Assembly: GCA_964422585.1 (NCBI GenBank)
Contig: CAYRBH010000004.1
Coordinates: 886-64,885 of the forward strand
Source of the DNA: an uncultured Gammaproteobacteria bacterium
GTDB taxonomy: Bacteria > Patescibacteriota > Patescibacteriia > UBA1558 > 2-01-FULL-52-15
Length of the DNA: 64,000 bases
Direction: 5' to 3'
Part shown: positions 1 to 8,863 of the stretch, in pieces
Layout of the letters: each line of letters begins with the position of its first letter
Position numbering within the stretch: the stretch's first letter is position 1
Notes under the pieces: generated by a model
The model's input: only the letters and a program-made list of their open reading frames with translations
The model's database searches: none
What the model was told of the DNA's origin: nothing
Translations under genes and position numbers: made by a program

Positions 1-362
1 TTGCAATGCCCAATCATTTCGATCTGCGCACGCGATGGGATATTCTGCGCGGTAAGGGAATTATCAAGTGGTCGCAGAGAGCGTATGAGAAAAATTCTTG
101 GGAATACGCGCATCTTCGTTTTTGGACTTTGCGGGAGCTGGACCGAATGCTACAGGACTCTGGGTTCTATCCGGAAGTATGGCAATTTAATTTCATGTCC
201 GGAGGAGTATTTCCGACGAAGCTGATTCCAAGATGGAAACGTCGGTGGCTCATTTCTCATTGGCCAGGGCTCTGGTCAGGGAAATTCGTTGTGCGATGCC
301 GATTGCGAACGGCAACAACTCCTGAACGCATTATTATTGACGAAACACCGCAGGACTTTTAA
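1..362 (+). CDS. Partial CDS (5' end outside window); the C-terminal region resembles the tail of a class I SAM-dependent methyltransferase
   Basis: ORF frame 6..362 is open to the window start. The motif HLRFWTLRELDRMLQDSGF is typical of methyltransferase C-termini. No N-terminal SAM motif is visible because the gene is truncated. Confidence 0.35.
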   Translation, partial: AMPNHFDLRTRWDILRGKGIIKWSQRAYEKNSWEYAHLRFWTLRELDRMLQDSGFYPEVWQFNFMSGGVFPTKLIPRWKRRWLISHWPGLWSGKFVVRCRLRTATTPERIIIDETPQDF

Positions 363-373
363 GATAGTCGTCT

Positions 374-1402
374 ATGACCATTCTAGGCATTGAAACATCT
401 TGCGATGAAACATCACTAGCACTCCTGAAGGTAGATGCGAAAGGTTTCAAGTTGGTTGAGCACGTGACAGCATCCCAGATAGCGACACACGCTCAGTATG
501 GCGGTGTTGTACCGGAACTAGCGGCACGGCAGCATTTAGAGGCTTTGCAGCCGATGCTTGCTATGCACATAGGCAGTAAGCAGCTGGCCACAACTGATCT
601 CATCGCGGTTACTGCTGGTCCGGGGCTCATAACCTCGCTCATGGTCGGTGTGCAAGAGGCTAAAACACTCTCGTATGCGACTGGCATTCCTTTGTTGGGT
701 ATTAACCATCTCGAAGCACATATGTACGCGAATTGGCTCACGCATAGAGAGCTTTTCAAACATCCAAAAAAATACCTGCCGGCACTGGTACTTATCGTAT
801 CAGGCGGACATACGCAGCTGATTCTCATGCACGATCATGGTACGTATCGTTTATTGGGTGATACGCTGGATGATGCTGCGGGTGAGTCATTCGATAAGGT
901 CGCGAAGATCCTGGGTTTGGGATATCCCGGCGGACCGATACTTTCAAAACTAGCTGAGCAAGGAAATCCACAAGCAATCGCGTTTCCGCGGCCTATGCGT
1001 TCATCGACAGGCTATGCGATGAGCTTCTCGGGGTTGAAGACCGCGGTACTTTACTATCTCGAGAAGAGAAAAAAGATCTCGAAAAGAGAGCTGCCGGATA
1101 TTGCGGCCTCATTCCAGGCTGCGGTGATAGATTCGCTTATGAGCAAGGTCAATCGAGCTCTGCAGGAGTATCATCCGCGCTCATTGATGCTTGGCGGAGG
1201 TGTCGCGGCGAATACAGCATTGCGGAAGAGTTTTACTGAAGCGGGTCGGACACAACAAATACCGGTGTTCGTCCCTGATCTTGAGTTTACGGGGGATAAT
1301 GCTGCTATGATAGCTATGACCGGATATCACAGAAGGAAACAAGGTTCCGCAACAGCCTGGAAAACACTGCGATTCGACCCGCAGCTCCCTTTCATACTAT
1401 GA
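374..1402 (+). CDS. tsaD: tRNA N6-adenosine threonylcarbamoyltransferase TsaD (Kae1/YgjD family)
   Basis: N-terminus MTILGIETSCDETSLALL and the metal-binding HLEAH/GxNH motifs are present. Length 342 aa. Overlaps tsaE by ATGA. Confidence 0.9.
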   Translation: MTILGIETSCDETSLALLKVDAKGFKLVEHVTASQIATHAQYGGVVPELAARQHLEALQPMLAMHIGSKQLATTDLIAVTAGPGLITSLMVGVQEAKTLSYATGIPLLGINHLEAHMYANWLTHRELFKHPKKYLPALVLIVSGGHTQLILMHDHGTYRLLGDTLDDAAGESFDKVAKILGLGYPGGPILSKLAEQGNPQAIAFPRPMRSSTGYAMSFSGLKTAVLYYLEKRKKISKRELPDIAASFQAAVIDSLMSKVNRALQEYHPRSLMLGGGVAANTALRKSFTEAGRTQQIPVFVPDLEFTGDNAAMIAMTGYHRRKQGSATAWKTLRFDPQLPFIL

Positions 1403-1884
1403 GGAACATACTCTTAACAGATAGCCCTGACCAAACGAAGCGTATCGGGAAAGAGATCGCCCGATCACTCAAACACGGTCGCATCATAGCGCTCGAAGGC
1501 AATCTGGGGGCTGGGAAAACAGTTTTGGCTAAAGGGATCGCTCAGGGCCTCGGGGTCACCCATGTGATACAAAGCCCGACATTCGTCTTGATGAAAGTAT
1601 ATCCGGTGCAGCGCCCTGGGATCTCGCATCTAGTACATGTTGATTGCTATCGGGTTGCTACCAGCCGAGAAGTGAGCGCTATAGGCCTTGAGGATTATCT
1701 ATCTGATGACACTGCGGTTGTTGTCATCGAATGGGCGGATAGGATACGGGACATGCTGCCGAAGCGGAGAATGACTATACGGCTTTCGGCCAGCGGAGAA
1801 CAGGCACGGAAGGTCGTCATTCACGATTCTTATTCCTCAGCCAAAGATAGTACGCGATATAGAGCCCGAGGCTCCCGAAAGTAA
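1399..1884 (+). CDS. tsaE: tRNA threonylcarbamoyladenosine biosynthesis protein TsaE (P-loop ATPase YjeE)
   Basis: Walker A motif LEGNLGAGKTVLAKGI. About 160 aa. Translationally coupled to tsaD. Confidence 0.85.
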   Translation: MRNILLTDSPDQTKRIGKEIARSLKHGRIIALEGNLGAGKTVLAKGIAQGLGVTHVIQSPTFVLMKVYPVQRPGISHLVHVDCYRVATSREVSAIGLEDYLSDDTAVVVIEWADRIRDMLPKRRMTIRLSASGEQARKVVIHDSYSSAKDSTRYRARGSRK

Positions 1885-2191
1885 GGTCGCCCAAGATATT
1901 TGCGGTGCTTTCGATCTCGAAGAACCCTCGCGGCAGGACTGATGCCAGCAGATCAGCCAGCTGGTATTGATGCTTATCTATGAAACGTAAGAACACCTCG
2001 AAGTACTCCCAGCCCATAAGGATGCAGAATCCTATGTATTTGAAGGTTTGATTTGACAGGGGGCGCTTCAGGTAGCGGTACAGATAGATCATCAGGCCTC
2101 CCAGTATAAAACCAGTGACAAAATGTATGCCTGACCATTGCCCGTCAAAGAAGCTTTGGTTGTTCACTCCGTAGAGTAGGGACATGTCCAT
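1817..2191 (-). CDS. Small hypothetical membrane protein (3 predicted TM helices)
   Basis: Hydrophobic segments are visible. It overlaps the tsaE 3' end convergently by about 68 nt, which lowers confidence. Confidence 0.3.
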   Translation of the reverse strand: MDMSLLYGVNNQSFFDGQWSGIHFVTGFILGGLMIYLYRYLKRPLSNQTFKYIGFCILMGWEYFEVFLRFIDKHQYQLADLLASVLPRGFFEIESTANILGDLTFGSLGLYIAYYLWLRNKNRE

Positions 2192-2494
2192 AATAGTAGT
2201 GTAGCGAATAGGTGTATTTTCGCAACCTTGAAAAAAGAGCGCTAGTCTGGTTTGCTTTCATTGGCTTCACATGCTAGAGTAGGGACAGCTCCTTGGGGAT
2301 ATATTGAGTGCAAGTACTAGGACTTATGTCACCTAGGAAAGGCATCGCGGGAAGAAACGTTTGCGCAGCAAACAGGTAGACCCCGCCGTTCGTGCGCGTA
2401 AAGCACGTGAATGAAGTATAATGCGAAGGTGGTACCACCCGCGACAGCGGGTCCTTAACGCGAAGTGACGCGTTTTTTTATTTATCGAGATCCT

Positions 2495-3418
2495 ATGCTC
2501 GTTTTCGTAACACTCTATCTATTCGCTCTACTGATGGCAGACGTGCTGCTTATGCTATTAGCGCGGCTGTTCTGGGTTTTTGATATCTTTATTAATTTTG
2601 TGCCTCAGTTTTTAATCTTGGGCGTCATATCTCTGGTGTTGCTACTGACGCAAGGGTATACGCTGCAGGCTGGCATCATGTGTTGCGCGCTGCTGTATTT
2701 CGCCCGGCCAGTATGGCGGCTCTGGAAGCCTCATGCGCCGAGAGTGCATACAGCCAAGTCGTCATTGACGATTCTGCAGGCGAATGTGAATCAATTCAAT
2801 ACCGGGTATGCCTCTCTCGGTAAGCAGATCCGTGAGACGGACCCAACGATGATCTTTTTGAATGAGGTGCGTGAGGGATGGCTCACGAGGATTAAGCAAG
2901 AATTCGGCGATAGATATGGCGGCAGTATCGAAGTGCCGGCGGATAACTATCGAGGGATGGGATTTTTTTCGAAACTACCCATCGCATCGTATGAGATAAT
3001 CCGTTTATCGCAGGCCAACTCACCATTGCTGCGCATACAGATGAAAGATATGCCGTTGACCGTGTATGCGACCCATCCGGTGCCGCCGATGACACCAGGC
3101 TGGGCTTCGCAGCGTAAGGCATTCTTTCGCTACCTTATCTCAGATATGCATAAGGTCGCTGGCGATATACTCATGGTTGGAGACTTGAACACCACCATCT
3201 TCAGCCCGCTGTTAGTCTCATTTCTCAAGTCTACAGGCCTTACACTTGACCGTGAAGGTTTTGGTTTGCGAACTACCTGGCTGCGTGGTACCCCGCTGGC
3301 TATGCCGCTGGACCATATACTGTATCGGGGGGCTCTGCAGATGCGGGACTTTCGAGTGTTAGGACCTATCGGGAGCGATCATAGGCCAGTACTCGCCACT
3401 TTTAACTATGCAAGGTAA
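2495..3418 (+). CDS. Membrane-anchored endonuclease/exonuclease/phosphatase (EEP) family protein
   Basis: N-terminal TM helices, then an EEP-fold region ending in the conserved GSDHRPV motif. The ORF track starts at GTG 2465 inside a T-run; ATG 2495 (MLVFVTLYLF) is the more likely start. Confidence 0.6.
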   Translation: MLVFVTLYLFALLMADVLLMLLARLFWVFDIFINFVPQFLILGVISLVLLLTQGYTLQAGIMCCALLYFARPVWRLWKPHAPRVHTAKSSLTILQANVNQFNTGYASLGKQIRETDPTMIFLNEVREGWLTRIKQEFGDRYGGSIEVPADNYRGMGFFSKLPIASYEIIRLSQANSPLLRIQMKDMPLTVYATHPVPPMTPGWASQRKAFFRYLISDMHKVAGDILMVGDLNTTIFSPLLVSFLKSTGLTLDREGFGLRTTWLRGTPLAMPLDHILYRGALQMRDFRVLGPIGSDHRPVLATFNYAR

Positions 3419-3427
3419 AATATTAGT

Positions 3428-5971
3428 ATGAATAAAGACATGAAAAACACTTCGTCAAACGAGGCTTTGCCTAAGGCATATACCGCGAAGGAGCATGAGG
3501 ACCTGATCTATCAAGAGTGGTTTGATGCTGGCTTTTTTAACCCCGATAATCTTCCTCAGAAAACAGGTAAGCCCTATAGCATCATGATGCCACCACCGAA
3601 CGTGACTGGCATCCTGCACCTTGGTCACGCTCTTGAGCAGACCTTATTGGACGCGAAGATCCGTTTCGAGCGTATGCGCGGGCGGCGCGCGCTACTTATT
3701 CCTGGGGTTGACCATGCGGCAGTAGCTACCCAGGCCAGAGTAGAGAAAGATCTGATTGAGAAAGGACATACGCGTCCGCGTGAGGAATTTGGTAGAGAGA
3801 AACTGCTGCAGATCATTCGTGAGTATGCCGGCCAGTCGAAAGAAACTATCATCGCGCAGATCAAGAAGATGGGAACGAGTTGCGACTGGGATCGCTTCGC
3901 GTATACGTTCGATGAGCAACGCTCGAGGGCAGTGTATACTGCGTTCAAGTCCATGTATGACGATGGGCTTATCTATCGGGGGTATCGGGTGGTGAACTGG
4001 TCAGTCGTTGGTCAATCGACAGCTTCAGACGATGAATTAGAATATATTGAGCGTGAAGCACAGCTGTATACTTTTAAGTATAGTAAGGATTTTCCGATTC
4101 CGGTGGCCACGACCCGGCCCGAGAGTAAAGTAGGCGACACCGCAGTTGCCGTGAACCCGAAGGACAAACGGTACGCGCAATATATTGGAAAGACATTTAC
4201 CGCGGACATAGGCGCAGCGCAACCACTTTCAATTAAAATTATAGCGGATCCGGCTGTTGATCCGGATTTTGGTACGGGAGCAGTGGGTGTGACGCCCGCG
4301 CATAGCATGATTGATTTTGAAATGAAGGAGCGGCATGGACTTGATTTGATCCAGGTTATTGGCACTGATGGCATGATGACTGAGGCAGCAGGTACCTATG
4401 CTGGTCTCTCAGTAGAGAAAGCGAGACAGAAATTCGTTGCATGGCTTAAGAAAGAAAAACTTCTCATTTCTGAAGAAACAATCAAGCAGAATGTCGCAAC
4501 ACATGAGCGCTTCAATGATGTGATTGAGGTGGTGCCGATGTTGCAATGGTTTGTTGGTGTCAATAAACCGAGTAAGAAACTCAAAGGCAAAACATTGAAA
4601 GATCTCATGCGCGCAGCGGGTGAGAAGATTGAGATCAAGCCAGAACGATACAAAACGGTCTATTACCAATGGATCGATAATTTGTGGGATTGGTGTATCT
4701 CGCGGCAGATCTGGTGGGGGCATCGCATACCCGTGTGGTATAAGGACGCTGAAGTCCGCGTCAGCATTGAGAGCCCTGGAGCAGGATGGGTTCAAGATCC
4801 TGACACCCTTGATACCTGGTTCTCATCAGGCACCTGGACTTTCTCGACGCTTGGCTGGCCTGAGAAAACGAAAGATTTGAAGACATTTCACCCAAGCGTA
4901 TGGATGCAGATGGGTTATGAGATCGTGTTCTTCTGGATGGCGCGGATGATACTGATGAGCGAGTATATGCTGCAGGATATTCCGTTCAAGGAGGTCTATA
5001 TTCACGGACTCGTACGTGACAAAGATGGTCGTAAATTTTCCAAGTCATTGCGTAATACCCTGGACCCCCTAGAAATGATAGCGAAATATGGTACTGACGC
5101 GCTGCGTATGAGTCTGGTGTCTGGTGTGACGCCGGGGAATGACCTTACTTTCTCTGAGGAAAAGGTTGAGCATTATCAGCATTTCGTGAACAAGCTTTGG
5201 AATATCTCGCGGTATGTACTAAGCTCGGTCGACACAGTCAGTGTTCCGGCCAAAACTCCTAAGCCAGAGACTCAGACCGATCAGTGGATCTTCAAGAAGT
5301 TACACTCGCTCATCTCTGACATGACGAAGCTACTCGAGCAATCTGATTTTTCACTTGCCGCAGCAGCGCTGTATGAATTCACCTGGAATGATTTTGCCGA
5401 CTGGTATATTGAAGTAGCAAAGGTTGAGGCTAAGCGTTCAGAGCAAGCGAAGCAACAGAAAGATCAGATGCTTCTGTTCATTCTCGATGCTCTGTTGCGC
5501 CTTGCGCATCCATTCATGCCATTCGTAACTGAAGTTCTCTGGAAGCAACTTTCTCCGAAGGACTTGCTTATGGTCTCAGATTGGCCAACGATAAGTTTCG
5601 ACAGAGCGGCTGAAGCGGATGAGGTATTCTCCCAGGTGCAGGAAGTGATCACCAGTATTCGAGAGAATAAATCTGTGAACAAGATACCGCCTGCGACTAT
5701 GGTGAAGGTCAGTATGCCGTTACCCTATCCTCAGTATCGGGATGTGATAGAGAAATTAGCCCGCTGTACGATAGAAATCTCGAAAGACCCGACGATCATG
5801 GTGGCATCAGTCAGCACCTTGACCGAAGCCAAACGTGAAGAATTGAAAGCCTACATTGATTCTCTGGAGAAGAAGCTCGCTACAGCAGCGTTCACGAAGA
5901 ACGCCCCTGCTGCGGTTGTAGCTCAGGAGCGGAAGAAGTTGGCTGATGCGCAAGCGAAGCTGACCGAATAA
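3428..5971 (+). CDS. valS: Valine--tRNA ligase
   Basis: PPPNVTGILHLGHA (HIGH motif) and KMSKSLRN (KMSKS motif). 847 aa with a C-terminal coiled-coil as in ValRS. Confidence 0.92.
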   Translation: MNKDMKNTSSNEALPKAYTAKEHEDLIYQEWFDAGFFNPDNLPQKTGKPYSIMMPPPNVTGILHLGHALEQTLLDAKIRFERMRGRRALLIPGVDHAAVATQARVEKDLIEKGHTRPREEFGREKLLQIIREYAGQSKETIIAQIKKMGTSCDWDRFAYTFDEQRSRAVYTAFKSMYDDGLIYRGYRVVNWSVVGQSTASDDELEYIEREAQLYTFKYSKDFPIPVATTRPESKVGDTAVAVNPKDKRYAQYIGKTFTADIGAAQPLSIKIIADPAVDPDFGTGAVGVTPAHSMIDFEMKERHGLDLIQVIGTDGMMTEAAGTYAGLSVEKARQKFVAWLKKEKLLISEETIKQNVATHERFNDVIEVVPMLQWFVGVNKPSKKLKGKTLKDLMRAAGEKIEIKPERYKTVYYQWIDNLWDWCISRQIWWGHRIPVWYKDAEVRVSIESPGAGWVQDPDTLDTWFSSGTWTFSTLGWPEKTKDLKTFHPSVWMQMGYEIVFFWMARMILMSEYMLQDIPFKEVYIHGLVRDKDGRKFSKSLRNTLDPLEMIAKYGTDALRMSLVSGVTPGNDLTFSEEKVEHYQHFVNKLWNISRYVLSSVDTVSVPAKTPKPETQTDQWIFKKLHSLISDMTKLLEQSDFSLAAAALYEFTWNDFADWYIEVAKVEAKRSEQAKQQKDQMLLFILDALLRLAHPFMPFVTEVLWKQLSPKDLLMVSDWPTISFDRAAEADEVFSQVQEVITSIRENKSVNKIPPATMVKVSMPLPYPQYRDVIEKLARCTIEISKDPTIMVASVSTLTEAKREELKAYIDSLEKKLATAAFTKNAPAAVVAQERKKLADAQAKLTE

Positions 5972-7705
5972 CTATTCGGCTTGTCTGAAGATCTCTGATA
6001 CTGAAGTGATACCGGCTAAGGCTTTGAGAAGCCCGTCTTGCAGCATGGTGACCATGCCATGGCTTTGAGCCGTTTCTTGAATCTCATACTCTGATACAGT
6101 TCCGCTGAGAATAATCTTTTCCAGGTCTTTATTCATCGTAAGTATCTCATAAATACCGATGCGGCCGCGATAACCGAGATCATTGCATTGTTCGCAGCCT
6201 TTCGCCGCGAAGAACTCGAAGCGTTCGGGGTAGTTCAGATCGACTGCTACGCCGAGGTCCTTGCGAGTAGCGATTGGCTTTAAGGCTTCCATGATGCGCG
6301 ACATCGTAGGTTCATCGGGCTGCTCCTGGTATTTGCAGTGTTTACAGAGCCGGCGTACTAAACGCTGCCCGATGATGGCATTGATAGCGGGCGCTAGTAG
6401 AAAATTCTTCGATCCCATAGCGAGGAAGCGGGGAATAGCGCCAGCTGCGCTATTAGTATGGAGCGTCGAAAGCATCAGGTGCCCAGTCAGAGCCGCATTG
6501 ATGGCGGTATCCGCTGTTTCGAGGTCTCGAATTTCGCCGACCATGATGATATCCGGATCCTGGCGCAGGAGCGAGCGCAAACCTTTGGCAAAGTCCATGC
6601 CGGCCGCGGCATTGATTTGCGTTTGGTTGATGCTCTTGATCTTATACTCGATCGGGTCTTCCAGGGTCAGTATCTTGGTCTCCGGGTCATTCAGGTGGTG
6701 CAGAATGGCATAGAGCGTGGTGGTTTTACCGGAGCCGGTCGGTCCAGTCGCTATGATCATCCCATTCGGTTTTGAAATCTCTTTATTGAGCGAGGTAAGC
6801 GTATAGCCGGTTAAACCGAGGCTATCGAACTGCAATGCCTCAACTGAGAACCTGAGTAAACGCATGACGACGCTCTCGCCATAGGAGGTGGGAACGGTCG
6901 AGACGCGGACTTCGACTTTGTCATTGGATAAGAAAATAGTGAAACGACCATCTTGAGGTTTATTGGCGATATTGAGTTTCAATCCTGCCAGCAATTTCAC
7001 GCGCGATATGACTTTGCCCCAAGCATCAGTTGGGAGAATGCCGATGTCATGGAGCACACCGTCGATACGCATGCGGATCTTGATGTCCTCAGCTTCAGCT
7101 TCGATATGTATATCTGAAGCCCCGGACTTGAGCGCTGAACCTATGATGAGCGTGAGTACCTCGGTGATGGGGGCATGGGCGATAGCCTCGCTTAACTTCT
7201 TGATGGTGCTGACCTTTTCCTGCTGAGCTTTCAGCGATTCTTCGCTTAAATCAATCCCTTCATCATGGCCGGCGAGAGCTTTTGGGATAGCGTCATACTT
7301 TTTGAAAGCAAGTCGCAGGCTTTCTTGTGAGATTTTGTAAATAGCTGCGCTCACGCGGTTTTTCTCCTCCAGCTCTTTTGCCTTGGCGAGGACCTTGGGA
7401 TTCGCTGGGTTTATCGTACCAAGTCGGACCTGATCATTATCCAAAAAGAAACAGACAACGCTTTCTTGATCACAGAAGGCGCGATCGAGCAGCAAGAGCG
7501 CATCCTGAGGTATAGGAAAAGTCTGCAAATTAATGTATGAGTAGCCCTGTGTGTGAGCTTCCTGGGCGACCAGAGCCTCTTTTTGTTTCTCGCGTATCTC
7601 AGCAATGGTGGAGGCAAGCGCCTCGTTCTTGCTGTCGCTCAAGTGTATATGCTTGGTCTCTTCAGATGGTTTTTTTGATCCGCGGTTCAGCTGCGAGCTA
7701 ATCAT
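5972..7705 (-). CDS. pilB: Type II/IV secretion system ATPase (GspE/PilB family)
   Basis: Walker A motif GPTGSGKTTTLYA, an N-terminal GSPII_E_N-like region and a C-terminal CxxC...CxxC zinc motif (CKHC...CEQC). 577 aa. Confidence 0.85.
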   Translation of the reverse strand: MISSQLNRGSKKPSEETKHIHLSDSKNEALASTIAEIREKQKEALVAQEAHTQGYSYINLQTFPIPQDALLLLDRAFCDQESVVCFFLDNDQVRLGTINPANPKVLAKAKELEEKNRVSAAIYKISQESLRLAFKKYDAIPKALAGHDEGIDLSEESLKAQQEKVSTIKKLSEAIAHAPITEVLTLIIGSALKSGASDIHIEAEAEDIKIRMRIDGVLHDIGILPTDAWGKVISRVKLLAGLKLNIANKPQDGRFTIFLSNDKVEVRVSTVPTSYGESVVMRLLRFSVEALQFDSLGLTGYTLTSLNKEISKPNGMIIATGPTGSGKTTTLYAILHHLNDPETKILTLEDPIEYKIKSINQTQINAAAGMDFAKGLRSLLRQDPDIIMVGEIRDLETADTAINAALTGHLMLSTLHTNSAAGAIPRFLAMGSKNFLLAPAINAIIGQRLVRRLCKHCKYQEQPDEPTMSRIMEALKPIATRKDLGVAVDLNYPERFEFFAAKGCEQCNDLGYRGRIGIYEILTMNKDLEKIILSGTVSEYEIQETAQSHGMVTMLQDGLLKALAGITSVSEIFRQAE

Positions 7706-7759
7706 AGATGACGGTCCTTTGGGTTAAGGATGTAGAGACGAAAGACGCGAGCGATCAGG

Positions 7760-8782
7760 TTAGATGATATGACGATGCAGGACAGGAATGTGACGGACGA
7801 GTCGGTGTATCTTGCTGTGATGTTCTCCGGTGGTGATCTTACGGAACACGCCGACCCAGATGGACATTTGTACGGTGGTGAATAGACTCACGAAGAGCGC
7901 GACAATGAGCAGTAGGAGTACTACCACGGTCAGAACGAAGATCTGTAGCGCTGCAGTGGAGAGGGCTATGAAGGTGCCGAACATCGTGAAGAAGAAGGCG
8001 AGTATCGGCAGCAGCACGAGCGACATGACCAGGAAGGCGATGAAGAGGGTCGCCATGATGACTAGTGATGTTTCGATACTGATGACCCAGTTGGTCCAGA
8101 AGAGCAGCCAGGCATTCTTGAAAGATTCTTTGATCGACATATTGTAGATCATCAGATACATGAGCGCATAGCGCACAACCAGATCGAAGATGATGACCAG
8201 GGGTATGAAGATGAAGTAGCTGATCAAGGCATAGAGCAGATCGCCGCCAGGGCCGCTGACGAGTGCTAGGTAGATGAGCGGCATGATGATAAACGCCATC
8301 ACCATCAGGTAGAGCAGGCGATAGACCAGGTTAATGCCGAACAGTTGCCAGAAGGCATCAAGTCCTTGGCGGAAACTTACTAGATAGGTAGCCTTTTTTT
8401 TCGTCTGTAATTGATGTAGGGCGTGGATGAGGGCACCTTCAGAACTGGTGACCAGTATAGCGAGAGCGATAACGACCAGAAGCAGGAAGAAGAAAAAGCC
8501 CAACATGGGCATGTCTCCGAGCGACAAGCTTCCCCAGGGGATCTGATCGAAAGATTGACTCCAGCCGATGAAGATCGAGGTGATGAAGTCAACTTGGCCG
8601 TAGAGGGTCGTGACGGAAAAGGTGGCTGGCGTATTGGTTACGTCAAACAGAACCTGAAATGTTCCAAAGACGCCAACAAAAGAAGTGAACAGCGCGAGCG
8701 GCCAGAGGAACAGATGCTTTCGGCTCAAGTCCCATGATTCAGCGAGAATGTGCCGATAAAACGTACCCATTGATTTTGCCAT
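7760..8782 (-). CDS. Polytopic integral membrane protein, function unknown (about 8–9 TM helices)
   Basis: Very hydrophobic 340-aa ORF directly upstream of and co-oriented with pilB. No PilC/GspF motifs were recognised. Confidence 0.5.
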   Translation of the reverse strand: MAKSMGTFYRHILAESWDLSRKHLFLWPLALFTSFVGVFGTFQVLFDVTNTPATFSVTTLYGQVDFITSIFIGWSQSFDQIPWGSLSLGDMPMLGFFFFLLLVVIALAILVTSSEGALIHALHQLQTKKKATYLVSFRQGLDAFWQLFGINLVYRLLYLMVMAFIIMPLIYLALVSGPGGDLLYALISYFIFIPLVIIFDLVVRYALMYLMIYNMSIKESFKNAWLLFWTNWVISIETSLVIMATLFIAFLVMSLVLLPILAFFFTMFGTFIALSTAALQIFVLTVVVLLLLIVALFVSLFTTVQMSIWVGVFRKITTGEHHSKIHRLVRHIPVLHRHII

Positions 8783-8803
8783 ATTTTTGTTTTCTTTACA
8801 TAA

Positions 8804-8830
8804 CTATACGCGGAGTGTTTCCGCGTATAG
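8804..8830. repeat. Perfect 10-bp inverted repeat (ctatacgcgg-N7-ccgcgtatag) between ftsH and the downstream membrane gene
   Basis: Hairpin visible in the sequence. No U-tract follows, so it may be a processing, attenuation or operator site rather than a terminator. Confidence 0.45.
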
Positions 8831-8863
8831 TATACTATAAATCGTCGATACTGTCTAAAGACA

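Noticed and set aside
2330-2476. SRP RNA (4.5S) or RNase P RNA in the 2.2–2.5 kb gap, and RNase P-like GAAAGTCC on the minus strand near 20490
   Set aside because: The conserved SRP helix-8 motif (CCGGAAGGAAGCAGC) and the RNase P P4 motifs (AGGAAAGTCCGGGCUCC / ACAGAACCCGGCUUA) are not present. There are only short partial resemblances.
3625-4795. Several 60–130 aa ORFs on the minus strand inside valS (3625..3954, 3692..3919, 4012..4374, 4409..4795 and others)
   Set aside because: They lie antisense within a strongly supported aaRS CDS, have low-complexity or odd composition, and lack RBS signals. They are shadow ORFs.
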